A stretch of DNA of 18,540 bases from a bacterium (GTDB taxonomy: Bacteria > Zhuqueibacterota > Zhuqueibacteria > Oceanimicrobiales > Oceanimicrobiaceae), in NCBI GenBank assembly GCA_037446635.1, contig JBBIIG010000019.1:51741-70280 (forward strand), written 5' to 3'. The translations under genes were made by a program, and so were the position numbers. This document shows, one piece after another, positions 1 to 16,401 of the stretch (the stretch's first letter is position 1; each line of letters begins with the position of its first letter). The notes under the pieces were generated by a model. It was not told the DNA's origin, did no database searches, and saw nothing but the letters and a program-made list of their open reading frames with translations.

Positions 1-2
1 AC

Positions 3-401
3 GGAGGCTATCGCTTTAATCTGCCAGAATACTATGAACTGGCACGGTTAACCCAATCTGAGGAAAAAAATCTTTACTTGAAAACCAGAAGTGAACTCTC
101 GGCTTCTCAAAGCGAGTTCGAGCGAGGAGCGGAGGCGCTTTTGTCGGCCTCGCGAAACAAGTTGGGATTCATCCCCTATTTTGATCTGCAACAGGTTAAT
201 CAGGCCATCATTCACCTGCAAAATGCCTATACGCAAACGGATGATCCGGTTAGCAGCAATAAGTACGCTTACTACTCAGGGAAAGCTTATCTTATGCACG
301 GAGATGTGTCCACGGCTCGCCAATGGCTGAACCGGGTGCTGGCGTCTGCGGCGGTGGCCTACCAGGAGGAAGCTAAGAGCTTGTTAGAAAAATTAGATTA
401 G
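3..401 (+). CDS. 3' portion of a tetratricopeptide-repeat (TPR)-like protein; 5' end lies outside the window
   Basis: The frame of ORF 78..401 is open back to base 3 (GGYRFNLPEYYELARLTQSEEKNLYLKTRSE...), so TTG78 is probably not the start. The C-terminal YAYYSGKAYLMHGDVSTARQWLNRV...YQEEAKSLLEKL is a TPR-like helix pair. Stop TAG at 399-401. Confidence 0.7.
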   Translation, partial: GGYRFNLPEYYELARLTQSEEKNLYLKTRSELSASQSEFERGAEALLSASRNKLGFIPYFDLQQVNQAIIHLQNAYTQTDDPVSSNKYAYYSGKAYLMHGDVSTARQWLNRVLASAAVAYQEEAKSLLEKLD

Positions 402-420
402 ACTTAAAGACTTAAAGACT
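400..420. repeat. Short 8-bp tandem repeat (AGACTTAA x2.6) overlapping the TPR gene stop
   Basis: agacttaa agacttaa agact read directly from the sequence. Confidence 0.6.
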
Positions 421-438
421 ATTGTAAAATTGTTAGAT

Positions 439-471
439 ACGCAGGGAACACATGCTATGCGTTCCCTGCGT
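439..471. repeat. REP-like palindrome, related to the GTAG-type copy at 10684-10712
   Basis: Perfect 11-bp inverted repeat acgcagggaac / gttccctgcgt. The whole element resembles gtagggaacgcatacaatgcgtttcctac at 10684. Confidence 0.7.
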
Positions 472-818
472 GGAACCTTTGTAAATTGGATTTTTAAACT
501 TCTGTATTTCGTGGTTGAATACGGGCTTTTGTGATTTTTACAATAGTCTTGTTCTTGTGCTATCTCCCGATCAAAAATAAACTCCCTCCGAAAAACGGAT
601 GGAATCCAACACGGCTAAAACTTCAGCCGACATGGGCATACTGATTATTCAGCCGGTTGTCTGTGCGAAGTTTGAGATCTGAAAGATGAGCGTAACCACA
701 ATGGCTACTTTGGAAATTACGGGGGCAATTCCTATCGCTGCTCAAAGTCGTGCCTAAGCCGGCTGAGGTGGTTAGCCTGCTGCCAAACGGCGTAAGAAAC
801 GTTTGCTGCAATCGGACG

Positions 819-852
819 GAGGAGGTAGACCAGTCTGGTCGACCTCCTCTAC
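819..852 (-). repeat. GTAG-initiated REP-like hairpin
   Basis: gaggaggt-a-gaccag-t-ctggtc-g-acctcctc at 819-849. On the minus strand it starts GTAGAGGAGGTCGACC. Confidence 0.55.
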
Positions 853-1004
853 ATTTGTGGAATAGAAAATTTCCCGCCGGAGTTGGTAAATTGTGTTTGA
901 ATTGCGTCTGGCGATTCGATATATTGAGCCCGGAACTCAGCAAGTTAATTTCAATTCCTCCCGCAAATTGGTTAAACAAACTTTCGTTTTTTTGAGGAGA
1001 AGGA

Positions 1005-8635
<7,631 letters not shown>

Positions 8636-8651
<16 letters not shown>

Positions 8652-8715
8652 TGGATCAATGGATCAATGGATCAATGGATTATTGGATCAATGGATTATT
8701 GGATCAGTGGATCAA
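8636..8715 (+). repeat. Tandem 8-mer array TGGAnnnn x10 (TGGAGTGC, TGGAGTAA, TGGATCAA...), left arm
   Basis: TGGA recurs with exact 8-bp period at 8636, 8644, ... 8708. The array includes the kinase stop codon TAA (8649-8651). Confidence 0.9.
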
Positions 8716-8719
8716 AGTT

Positions 8720-8847
8720 CTCGTTCCCATCCTTCTCGTTCCCACGCTCTGCGTGGGAACGGGAGCCCACGGTCCCAAATCCTTCTCGTTCCCACGCTCT
8801 GCGTGGGAACGGGGAGCCCACGGTCCCAAGTGAAACTTGGGAACGAG
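8720..8847. repeat. Composite REP-like element: two tandem 50/51-bp units, each with the GTTCCCACGC-TCT-GCGTGGGAAC palindrome, inside a split CTCGTTCCCAAG/CTTGGGAACGAG palindrome
   Basis: Units 8729-8778 and 8779-8829 are identical except for one extra G. They are flanked by ctcgttccca (8720-8729) and gtgaaacttgggaacgag (8830-8847). Confidence 0.85.
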
Positions 8848-8872
8848 CTGACAGCAGCGGAAGTGCCTGTCA

Positions 8873-8928
8873 ATACTCCAGTACTTCAACACTCCAGTTA
8901 TTCATTGATCCAATGATCCATTAATCCA
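8873..8928 (-). repeat. Tandem 8-mer array x7, reverse-complement type of the 8636-8715 array (right arm)
   Basis: atactcca gtacttca acactcca gttattca ttgatcca atgatcca ttaatcca. Confidence 0.85.
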
Positions 8929-8947
8929 TTTTGAAAATGGACAGACA

Positions 8948-10687
8948 ATGGCCGTTAACAGAACCGCCCCCGGCACCGTGCTGATCGTCGATGACACGCC
9001 GGCCAACATTACGGTGCTGCTGGATTATCTCAGCAATCAGGGCTACACCGCATTGGTGGCCAGCGATGGCGAGAGCGCCATCGAACAGGCGCGCTTTGCC
9101 CGTCCCGATTTGATTTTGCTCGATATCATCATGCCGGGCTTGGACGGCTTTGAAACCTGCCAGCGGCTGAAAGCCGACGCCAAAACCCGCGACCTCCCAG
9201 TGATCTTTCTGAGCGCCCTCTCGGAAACCGTGGACAAAGTGCGCGGCTTCAAATTGGGGGCCGTGGATTTTGTCAACAAGCCTTTTAAAGAAGAAGAACT
9301 GCTGGCGCGGGTGCACACCCACGTCACCCTCAGTAAATTGCAAAAGCGTCTCAAAGAGAAGAACTCCGATTTTCGTCATGAAATCAACCAGCGGGAACGG
9401 CTGGAGCAGGCGATGCGGCTGGTGGTGGAAACCACCGCAACCACCACCGACGAGGATTTTTTCAAACAGTTGGTTCGCAATCTGGTGAAGACCACCGGCG
9501 TGCTGGCGGCTTTCGTCACCGAAGTTTTGCCGGGCGGTTCGGGAAGGGTTCGTACGAAGGCTCTGTGCATCGGCAATGAAATCCACAGCAACATCGAATA
9601 TGCGGTGGTGGGGCATCCCTGTGAGGAACCGATTTCGCGCCATCAAATCTGTGTTTATCCCCGGCGCCTGCAAAGCCGTTTCCCGAATGAACGCGACTTG
9701 CAGCAACTGCAGGCCGAAAGTTATGTCGGCATCCCTTATTTTGATTCAAGAAATAATTTGCTTGGACATCTGGCGCTCATCGACAACAAACCCATGCGCA
9801 ACGTCGAGCATTTAGTGGCGATTGCAAAATTGTTCGCCAATCGCACCGCCGTGGAATTGGAGCGCTATCGCACGTTACAGGAATTAATGAACATCAATCA
9901 CCAGCTGCGGCACACCCAGGCGCAATTGGTGCAGTCCGAAAAAATGGCGGCGCTCGGACAGTTGGTGGCCGGCATCGCTCACGAAATCAACACGCCCATT
10001 GGCGTTATTCGCAGCATGAATCAAACGTTGCAGTTGGCGATCACCAATGTTATTTCGGGAATGGAGCACATTCAGGAGAAACAGCCCGGCGATGAAAAAA
10101 TTTCCCGCAGCTTAAAAGTTATTGGCGAATCGACCGCGGTGATCGGCACAGCCGCCGATCGCGTCAACACCATCGTCCGTAGTTTGCGCAGCTTTGTGGG
10201 ATTAGATGAAGCGGATTTAAAAGCCGTTGACATCAACGAAGGAATCGAAAACACCTTGAAGCTGCTGCACCACCAATTCAACGGCCGCATTCAAATTGTC
10301 AAACAATTCGCGGCTGTGGACGCAATTGTTTGCTACCCCAAGCGCTTGAATCAAGTCACCTTCAATTTATTGCTCAACGCCATCGAAGCCATTGACGGCA
10401 AGGGAACCATCACCATTTCCACGAATCAGGATGCGGCGGCAGCCCAAATTATAATTGAAGATACGGGGAGTGGAATCTCTAAAGAACACTTCAACAAATT
10501 GTTTGATCCCGGTTTTACCACCAAGCGCGTCGGCGTGGGTACCGGACTGGGACTGGCCATTTGCTACCAAATTGTGAAAGAGCATAAAGGAGAGATAACC
10601 GTCGAAAGCGAGCCCGGCAAAGGCGCGAAATTTACGGTGATGCTGCCGCGGCATTTGGAGAAATTATTAAAGCAAAGTGCTTCGTAG
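8948..10687 (+). CDS. Receiver-GAF-histidine kinase (NtrB-like H-box)
   Basis: N-terminal receiver VLIVDD...LLDIIMPGLDG...VNKP. GAF with GHPC and SYVGIP. H-box QSEKMAALGQLVAGIAHEINTP, then NLLLNAIEA, DTGSGI, FDPGFTTK, GTGLGL. Confidence 0.93.
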   Translation: MAVNRTAPGTVLIVDDTPANITVLLDYLSNQGYTALVASDGESAIEQARFARPDLILLDIIMPGLDGFETCQRLKADAKTRDLPVIFLSALSETVDKVRGFKLGAVDFVNKPFKEEELLARVHTHVTLSKLQKRLKEKNSDFRHEINQRERLEQAMRLVVETTATTTDEDFFKQLVRNLVKTTGVLAAFVTEVLPGGSGRVRTKALCIGNEIHSNIEYAVVGHPCEEPISRHQICVYPRRLQSRFPNERDLQQLQAESYVGIPYFDSRNNLLGHLALIDNKPMRNVEHLVAIAKLFANRTAVELERYRTLQELMNINHQLRHTQAQLVQSEKMAALGQLVAGIAHEINTPIGVIRSMNQTLQLAITNVISGMEHIQEKQPGDEKISRSLKVIGESTAVIGTAADRVNTIVRSLRSFVGLDEADLKAVDINEGIENTLKLLHHQFNGRIQIVKQFAAVDAIVCYPKRLNQVTFNLLLNAIEAIDGKGTITISTNQDAAAAQIIIEDTGSGISKEHFNKLFDPGFTTKRVGVGTGLGLAICYQIVKEHKGEITVESEPGKGAKFTVMLPRHLEKLLKQSAS

Positions 10688-10712
10688 GGAACGCATACAA
10701 TGCGTTTCCTAC
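10684..10712. repeat. GTAG-type REP-like palindrome overlapping the stop codon of the upstream kinase
   Basis: gtagggaacgcat-aca-atgcgtttcctac, 13-bp arms with one G-T mismatch. The TAG stop (10685-10687) lies inside the GTAG. Confidence 0.75.
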
Positions 10713-10731
10713 AGCATTAGAACCAAATCTG

Positions 10732-12288
10732 ATGCCCCCAAAACCCAAACCCACTATCCTCGTAGTCGATGACACGCCCACCAACATCAACCTGCTGCTG
10801 GAGTATTTAGGCCAGCAGGGATTCAAAGTGTTAGTGGCTATCGACGGCGAGAGCGCCATCGAGCAGGCGGAATTCGCGCAGCCGGATTTGATCCTGCTGG
10901 ATGTTTTGATGCCCGGCATCGATGGCTTTGAAACCTGCCGGCGTCTGAAGAAAAACGGCGCCACCCGCAGCATCCCGGTGATTTTCATGACCGCGCTTAC
11001 GGAGACGGTCGATAAAGTGCGCGGCTTCAAAGTCGGCGCAGTTGACTACGTCACCAAGCCGCTGCAGCACGAAGAAGTGCTGGCGCGCGTCACCGCACAT
11101 CTGACGATTCAGAACTTGCAGCGCAAATTGCAGGAGGCGAACGAGCGTTTGGAACAGCGGGTGATCGAGCGCACCGCGGAGTTGTCCGAAGCGAACGCCG
11201 CTCTCAAAAAAGAAATTACCGAGCGCATTCGTATCGAACAGGCGCTGCGGGAATCGAACGATCAAATCGAAAAACTTAAAGATCGCTTGCAGGCCGAAAA
11301 TATTTATTTGCAGGAAGAAATCAAAACCGAGTACAACTTTGAGGAAATTATCGGCGCGTCGGCGGCGATGAAAAAAGTATTTCAGCGAATCGAGCAGGTC
11401 GCCAACACGGACACCACGGTTTTGATCACCGGCGAAACCGGCACCGGCAAAGAGTTGGTGGCGCGCGCCATTCACAATCACAGCAGCCGGCGCGAGCGGC
11501 CGCCCATCAAAGTGAACTGCGCGGCGCTGCCGGCGACACTGGTGGAAAGCGAGCTCTTCGGCCACGAAAAGGGCGCGTTCACCGGCGCCGCCAGCCGGAA
11601 GGTTGGCCGCTTCGAGCTGGCCGACGGCGGCACGATTTTCCTCGATGAAATCGGCGACGTTCCTTTGGAAGTGCAAGTGAAGCTGCTGCGCGTTTTGCAG
11701 GAGCAGGAGTTCGAGCGCATCGGCGGCACGCAAACCATCAAGGTGGATGTGCGCCTGATCGCCGCCACCAACCGCGATCTTTCCAAAGCCGTAAAAGACG
11801 GCGCCTTCCGCGCGGATCTGTTTTATCGCTTGAACGTCTTCCCTATTCACGTGCCGCCGCTGCGTGAGCGTAAAGAAGACATCCCGCTGCTGGTGCAGCA
11901 TTTCGTCAACAAATTCAAACAAAAAATTTCGAGGGACATCAGCGAAATCAGCGATGAGACCATGCAATTGCTGATTGATTATCACTGGCCGGGCAACGTG
12001 CGCGAGTTGGCGAGCGTCATCGAGCGCGCGGTGGTGATGTCAACCAGCCCGGTTTTACGAATCGATCGTGAAGCGTTCCTGGTTAGTCCAGCGACAGTTA
12101 GCGGCCTTCAGGAATTTTCGGCCCTTGAAGACGTTGAACGAGAACATATTCTAAAAATTCTCAATCAAACCAGTTGGATCATCGACGGGCCCAAGGGCGC
12201 GGCGAAGATTCTCGGGCTTCATCCTAACACCCTTCGGCATCGTCTGCAAAAGTTAGGCATTCAGCGTCCCACCCACCACATTTCGTGA
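10732..12288 (+). CDS. Sigma54-dependent transcriptional activator (receiver, coiled coil, AAA+, Fis-type HTH; NtrC/FhlA-like bEBP)
   Basis: Receiver ILVVDD...[11 protein letters not shown]...VTKP. Walker [24 protein letters not shown], Walker [48 protein letters not shown]. Confidence 0.96.
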   Translation: MPPKPKPTILVVDDTPTNINLLLEYLGQQGFKVLVAIDGESAIEQAEFAQPDLILLDVLMPGIDGFETCRRLKKNGATRSIPVIFMTALTETVDKVRGFKVGAVDYVTKPLQHEEVLARVTAHLTIQNLQRKLQEANERLEQRVIERTAELSEANAALKKEITERIRIEQALRESNDQIEKLKDRLQAENIYLQEEIKTEYNFEEIIGASAAMKKVFQRIEQVANTDTTVLITGETGTGKELVARAIHNHSSRRERPPIKVNCAALPATLVESELFGHEKGAFTGAASRKVGRFELADGGTIFLDEIGDVPLEVQVKLLRVLQEQEFERIGGTQTIKVDVRLIAATNRDLSKAVKDGAFRADLFYRLNVFPIHVPPLRERKEDIPLLVQHFVNKFKQKISRDISEISDETMQLLIDYHWPGNVRELASVIERAVVMSTSPVLRIDREAFLVSPATVSGLQEFSALEDVEREHILKILNQTSWIIDGPKGAAKILGLHPNTLRHRLQKLGIQRPTHHIS

Positions 12289-12306
12289 TTCCACCGTATT
12301 TGGTGA
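12273..12306. promoter_or_regulatory. Putative tandem enhancer (UAS) sites for the bEBP
   Basis: ccaccacatttcgtga (12273-12288) and ccaccgtatttggtga (12291-12306). Both fit CCACC-NN-ATTT-S-GTGA with CAC-N8-GTG dyad symmetry, with an 18-bp period, about 80-110 bp upstream of the -24 box. Confidence 0.65.
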
Positions 12307-12339
12307 CGTTTTCCTGATTTCTACCTCCTGTCTCCATCC

Positions 12340-12352
12340 AATCAAGCCATTG
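12340..12352 (+). promoter_or_regulatory. Putative IHF binding site
   Basis: AATCAAGCCATTG matches WATCAA-N4-TTR exactly and lies between the putative UAS and the -24/-12 box. Confidence 0.6.
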
Positions 12353-12384
12353 TATTTTTAAGCTTTAAAAAGCCGCGATGTTTG

Positions 12385-12400
12385 TGGCACGCGCTTTGAG
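12385..12400 (+). promoter_or_regulatory. Putative sigma54 (-24/-12) promoter upstream of the ECF sigma gene
   Basis: TGGCAC-GCGCT-TTGAG: perfect -24 box and correct spacing, with GA instead of GC at -12. It lies immediately downstream of a bEBP gene. Confidence 0.7.
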
Positions 12401-12434
12401 TAATGCCAGCGTGATTTATTGAGCTTGCACAAAA

Positions 12435-12469
12435 CCCCAACCCTAACCTTCTCTTTAAAAGGGGAGGGA
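12435..12469. repeat. Pyrimidine/purine hairpin repeat (CCC..AACCYYTT-loop-AAGGRRGG family)
   Basis: ccccaaccctaa-ccttctcttt-a-aaaggggagg. Similar layout at 13196-13229 and 16005-16037. Confidence 0.55.
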
Positions 12470-12530
12470 AAAAGCGGGTTCGGAATGAAAATTTTCAAAT
12501 GAAGAAAGATTTCCGAAAGGAGGAGGCATC

Positions 12531-13133
12531 ATGAATTCGACAACAACTTCCAGAATAGAATTCGAGCAACTCGCTAATCCACTCATGGGCAACCTGTACT
12601 CAACGGCCCTGCAGTTGACCCGCCAACCTCTGGACGCAGAAGACCTGCTGCAAGAGACGTTGCTGAAGGCCTGGCGATTCTTTCATCGTTTTGAAAAGGG
12701 CACCAATTTTCGCGGCTGGCTGATGCGAATTTTATTGAACACGTTCATCAGCCATTACAACACTAAAAAGCGCGAGCCGCAGCGCGTGAGTTTTGAAAAA
12801 ACCCGCGCAGTCTTTTCAAACCATGACGAGGATGAATCCGAAACCAACGCACTCCCCACCGTCAGCGAGACTTACCAGGATTGGTTTGACGATCGCGTCA
12901 CCGCGGCGTTGAACCGGCTGCCGGATTTTTATCGCAGCGTGGTCATTCTTTCGGACGTGAACGATCTCAAATACCAGGAAATCGCCGAGCTGATGAAATG
13001 CCCCATCGGCACGGTGATGTCACGCATCAGCCGCGGCCGCAAAATGCTGGCGCGCTCGCTGAAAGGGTACGCTGCGGCGCGCGGTTACGTTAAGCGCCGT
13101 CCACAGAATGTAATGAGTGCATCATTCGCATGA
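12531..13133 (+). CDS. ECF-subfamily sigma-70 factor (resembles SigH/SigR-type)
   Basis: Strong RBS aaggaggagg. Region 2 DAEDLLQETLLKAW...GTNFRGWLMRILLN. Region 4 ALNRLPDFYR...YQEIAELMKCPIGTVMSRISRGR. Confidence 0.93.
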   Translation: MNSTTTSRIEFEQLANPLMGNLYSTALQLTRQPLDAEDLLQETLLKAWRFFHRFEKGTNFRGWLMRILLNTFISHYNTKKREPQRVSFEKTRAVFSNHDEDESETNALPTVSETYQDWFDDRVTAALNRLPDFYRSVVILSDVNDLKYQEIAELMKCPIGTVMSRISRGRKMLARSLKGYAAARGYVKRRPQNVMSASFA

Positions 13134-13137
13134 CAAC

Positions 13138-13229
13138 AGTCCACCTCCTTTGGAAAAGGAGGGACCAGGAGGATTTTTGTAGCCAAACCAGATCGAATCC
13201 CCCTAAATCCCTTTTGTGAAAAGGGAACT
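13138..13229. repeat. Inverted doublet of short hairpin repeats (REPIN-like arrangement)
   Basis: cctccttt-gga-aaaggagg (13144-13162) is followed by gaccaggaggattt. Then aatccccctaaa precedes tccctttt-gtg-aaaaggga (13208-13226). The two halves are degenerate reverse complements. Confidence 0.65.
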
Positions 13230-13249
13230 TAGATTAGGAGCAAAAAACG

Positions 13250-15958
13250 ATGATCAAAACCACCGAACACAGGCGCCTCGTAGAAGCGCGCCAACAAATT
13301 CAGCCCTGGAAAAAATGGGGACCCTATTTGACCGAGCGCCAATGGGGCACCGTTCGCGAGGATTACAGCGCGTACGGCACGGCGTGGGAATTCGTCTCGC
13401 ATGACGCAGCGCGCAGCAAAGCCTACCGCTGGGGCGAAGAAGGCATCGCCGGTATTTGTGACGATCAGCAACGGCTGTGTTTTGCGCTGGCGCTGTGGAA
13501 CGGCCGCGACCCAATCTTGAAAGAACGATTTTTTGGCCTCACCGGCAACGAAGGCAACCACGGCGAGGACGTGAAAGAACTTTACTACTACCTCGACAGC
13601 ACGCCGACCCATTCTTACATGAAAATGCTTTACAAATATCCCCAGCGGGAATTTCCCTACACTTGGCTGGTGGAAGAAAATCGCCGCCGCGGCAAAGGCC
13701 AGCCGGAGTTCGAGCTGCTTGACACCGGCATTTTCGACGACGACCGCTATTTCGACGTGTTCGTGGAATACGCCAAAGCCGGGCCGGAAGATATCCTCGC
13801 GCTCATCACCGTGCACAATCGTGGGCCGGAAGACGCGACCCTGCACGTGCTGCCGCAGGTGTGGTTTCGCAACACCTGGGCGTGGGGATACAACGGCCAC
13901 AAGCCGGAAATCAAATTAGGAAAGAAGGGCGAGTTGGAATTGCGGCACTCGGAGTTAGGGGCGCGGCGATTGTATTGCGAAGAGGTTTCGGAGTTCCTCT
14001 TTTGTGAAAATGAAACCAACGGCCGCCGGCTCTACGGCCTCGCCGACGTGCGCGGATATTTCAAGGATGGCATCAACGACTACCTTGTCAACGGCAATCA
14101 CGATGCCGTGAATCCCGCCGCGGCTGGCACGAAAGCCGCAGCGTATTATGAGCTCAAGGTGCCTCCCGGCCGGGCGAGGCAAATTCGACTGCGACTCTCT
14201 AACACGGCGCTCACTCAACCCTTCGCGGATTTTAACCAAATTTTCAAACAGCGTTTGCAGGAGGCAAACGAATTTTATGCAAAGCTGCAATCCGAAATCA
14301 AAGACGAAGACGCGCGCAGCGTGCAGCGCCAGGCCTTTGCTGGCATGTTATGGTCGAAGCAGTTTTATTACTACGATATCCCGCAGTGGCTCAACGGCGA
14401 CCCCGGCCAGCCGCCTCCGCCGACGCAGCGCCTGAATGGCCGCAATCACGAGTGGCTCCACCTCAACAACGCCGACATTATTTCCATGCCGGACAAATGG
14501 GAGTACCCGTGGTACGCGGCGTGGGACCTCGCTTTCCATTGCATTGCGTTAGCGCTGGTGGATCCGGATTTCGCGAAAGATCAGCTCGTACTGATGACGC
14601 GCGAGTGGTACATGCATCCCAACGGCCAACTCCCGGCTTACGAGTGGGCATTCGGCGATGTCAATCCGCCGGTGCACGCCTGGGCGACGTGGCGCGTGTT
14701 CCAAATCGATCGCAAAATGAACGGCGGTAAAGGCGACCTCGCCTTTCTTGAACGCGTGTATCAGAAGCTTCTACTCAACTTCACGTGGTGGGTGAATCGC
14801 AAAGACGCCCACGGCATGAATATTTTCCAGGGCGGATTTCTCGGGTTAGACAACATCGGTGTGTTCGACCGCAGCTCGCAGTTGCCCACCGGCGGCCACA
14901 TCGCCCAGGCCGACGGCACCAGTTGGATGGCGATGTATTCACTCAACATGATGCGCATCGCGCTGGAGCTGTCGCTCACCAATCCCATTTACCAGGACAT
15001 GGCCACTAAATTTTTCGAGCATTTTCTTTATATCGCGGGCGCCACCGCCAACATCGGCGGCGAGGGGATTAATTTGTGGGACGATCAGGATGAATTTTTC
15101 TACGACGTGTTGCACCTCCCGAACGATTCCCGCATCCCCTTGAAAGTGCGTTCGATGGTTGGGCTCATTCCGTTGTTCGCGGTGGAAACGCTCGACCCGG
15201 ATTTGCTGGAGCGCGTGCCGGAATTCAAACAAAGATTAGAGTGGTTCCTCAACTATCGCCCGGATCTGTGCGGCCTGGTTTCACGCTGGCGTGAACCCGG
15301 GATCGGCGAGCGCCGGCTGCTCTCGCTGCTGCGCGGGCATCGCATGAAGCGTCTGTTGAAACGCATGTTGGATGAAAGCGAATTCTTGTCCGACTACGGC
15401 GTACGCGCGATCTCCCGTGTGCACCGCGATCAGCCGTACACGTTCAATGTCAACGGTAACGAGTTCAAAGTGACGTACCAGCCCGGCGAATCGGACAGCG
15501 GGCTCTTCGGCGGCAACTCCAACTGGCGCGGGCCGATCTGGTTTCCAGTCAATTATTTGATCATCGAGTCGCTGCAGAAATTTCATCACTACTACGGCGA
15601 TGATTTCAAAATTGAGTACCCGACCGGCTCGGGCCAGTTCGTGACAATTAACGAGGTTGCAGACGAAATCTCGCGTCGTTTAACCAAAATCTTTCTCCGC
15701 GATGAAAACGGCCGGCGCGCGGTTTTCGGCGACTACGCCAAATTGCAAAACGACCCGAACTTCCGCGACTATGTTTTCTTCTATGAATATTTTCACGGCG
15801 ACAGCGGCCGCGGCGTCGGCGCGTCTCATCAAACTGGCTGGACCGGATTGGTCGCAAAGCTGTTGCAGCCGCGCCGCAGCGCCGTTGATGTGGCGTCGAT
15901 GAAGAAGAAAGGAAAGCGAGATGGAAAAATCAAAGTTGCCGCCGCTGTATCTGCATGA
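13250..15958 (+). CDS. GH63 / MGH1-like glycoside hydrolase (putative glucosidase)
   Basis: RBS aggag. Family-typical blocks [104 protein letters not shown]. Confidence 0.88.
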   Translation: MIKTTEHRRLVEARQQIQPWKKWGPYLTERQWGTVREDYSAYGTAWEFVSHDAARSKAYRWGEEGIAGICDDQQRLCFALALWNGRDPILKERFFGLTGNEGNHGEDVKELYYYLDSTPTHSYMKMLYKYPQREFPYTWLVEENRRRGKGQPEFELLDTGIFDDDRYFDVFVEYAKAGPEDILALITVHNRGPEDATLHVLPQVWFRNTWAWGYNGHKPEIKLGKKGELELRHSELGARRLYCEEVSEFLFCENETNGRRLYGLADVRGYFKDGINDYLVNGNHDAVNPAAAGTKAAAYYELKVPPGRARQIRLRLSNTALTQPFADFNQIFKQRLQEANEFYAKLQSEIKDEDARSVQRQAFAGMLWSKQFYYYDIPQWLNGDPGQPPPPTQRLNGRNHEWLHLNNADIISMPDKWEYPWYAAWDLAFHCIALALVDPDFAKDQLVLMTREWYMHPNGQLPAYEWAFGDVNPPVHAWATWRVFQIDRKMNGGKGDLAFLERVYQKLLLNFTWWVNRKDAHGMNIFQGGFLGLDNIGVFDRSSQLPTGGHIAQADGTSWMAMYSLNMMRIALELSLTNPIYQDMATKFFEHFLYIAGATANIGGEGINLWDDQDEFFYDVLHLPNDSRIPLKVRSMVGLIPLFAVETLDPDLLERVPEFKQRLEWFLNYRPDLCGLVSRWREPGIGERRLLSLLRGHRMKRLLKRMLDESEFLSDYGVRAISRVHRDQPYTFNVNGNEFKVTYQPGESDSGLFGGNSNWRGPIWFPVNYLIIESLQKFHHYYGDDFKIEYPTGSGQFVTINEVADEISRRLTKIFLRDENGRRAVFGDYAKLQNDPNFRDYVFFYEYFHGDSGRGVGASHQTGWTGLVAKLLQPRRSAVDVASMKKKGKRDGKIKVAAAVSA

Positions 15959-16004
15959 TGATTCGAGTGGTGGGAATATAGGGAGAGAGAATTCTTTGAA
16001 CCAA

Positions 16005-16037
16005 CCACCCTCAACCCCTTCCTTTGTAAGGAAGGGG
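16005..16037. repeat. Hairpin repeat of the same style as 12435-12469 and 13196-13229
   Basis: ccaccctcaa followed by the perfect 10-bp stem ccccttcctt-tgt-aaggaagggg (16015-16037). No poly-T tail. Confidence 0.6.
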
Positions 16038-16137
16038 CAAGATCCGGAACGAGCCACCGAATCTCCAACCACGGGTTACTACATTATCGGGTGTGAGGCA
16101 TTTGGGGTGTTTATTGAATGATAGTAATATGTCAAAC

Positions 16138-16166
16138 CTCGTTCCCACGCTCAGCGTGGGAACGAG
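16138..16166. repeat. Solo REP-like palindrome, same family as the 8729-8829 units
   Basis: ctcgttcccacgc-tca-gcgtgggaacgag, perfect 13-bp arms. Confidence 0.85.
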
Positions 16167-16198
16167 AATGAAAAAAGCGTGCGAACGAGAAGATTATG

Positions 16199-16332
16199 TG
16201 TCATTTCGAGCGAAGCGAGAAATCTGGCGGATGATGAATTCGGTGATTACACATCCCAACCGATGTGTGTAGTCGTGTTTCATGCCCCGCCAGATTTCTT
16301 AACCGGACAAAAACATCGGCTTCGAAATGACA
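16199..16332. mobile_element. 134-bp nested-palindrome, MITE-like element (TGTCATTTCGA...TCGAAATGACA)
   Basis: 11-bp terminal inverted repeat (16199-16209 / 16322-16332). Internal 13-bp inverted repeat agaaatctggcgg / ccgccagatttct (16218-16230 / 16287-16299). Inner acacatc / gatgtgt stem. Confidence 0.7.
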
Positions 16333-16401
16333 AAGTGATGATACAATATCGAACAAGAAATATCGATTAGCAAACTTTGAACAACAAAATAGGAGAAACG
16401 A

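Noticed and set aside
632..757. In-frame TGA read-through peptide (MGILIIQPVVCAKFEI*KMSVTT...) as a possible selenoprotein
   Set aside because: No redox motif context, no clear SECIS-like hairpin after the TGA, and no RBS.
909..930. TGGCGA...TTGA upstream of the giant kinase as a sigma54 promoter
   Set aside because: The spacing is 2 bp too long for -24/-12 geometry.
623..995. ORFs 623..979 (-) and 750..995 (+)
   Set aside because: No recognisable domain or clear RBS, and both run through a REP-like hairpin.
8729..8829. Possible mini CRISPR array (palindromic direct repeats)
   Set aside because: Only two units, the sequence between the palindromes is the same in both so there are no unique spacers, and no cas genes are present. 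A solo copy at 16138 fits a REP-like family.
10831..11985. 384-aa minus-strand ORF, and similar ones at 972..1664, 7170..7994, 8921..9706 and 13229..13900
   Set aside because: They are antisense to well-supported genes and expected from GC-rich codon bias.
15972..16000. GGAAT-N18-TTG as a SigH/SigR-type ECF promoter
   Set aside because: The -10 element lacks the GTT core. Other GGAAY sites in the spacers also lack a matched -10, so no ECF target promoter can be called.
16015..16037. Intrinsic terminator after the GH63 gene
   Set aside because: The stem is strong but has no U-tract on either side, and it matches a dispersed hairpin family in the window.
16179..16370. 63-aa ORF MRTRRLCVISSEARNL...
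   Set aside because: It is a translation of the TGTCATTTCGA palindromic element, not a credible gene.
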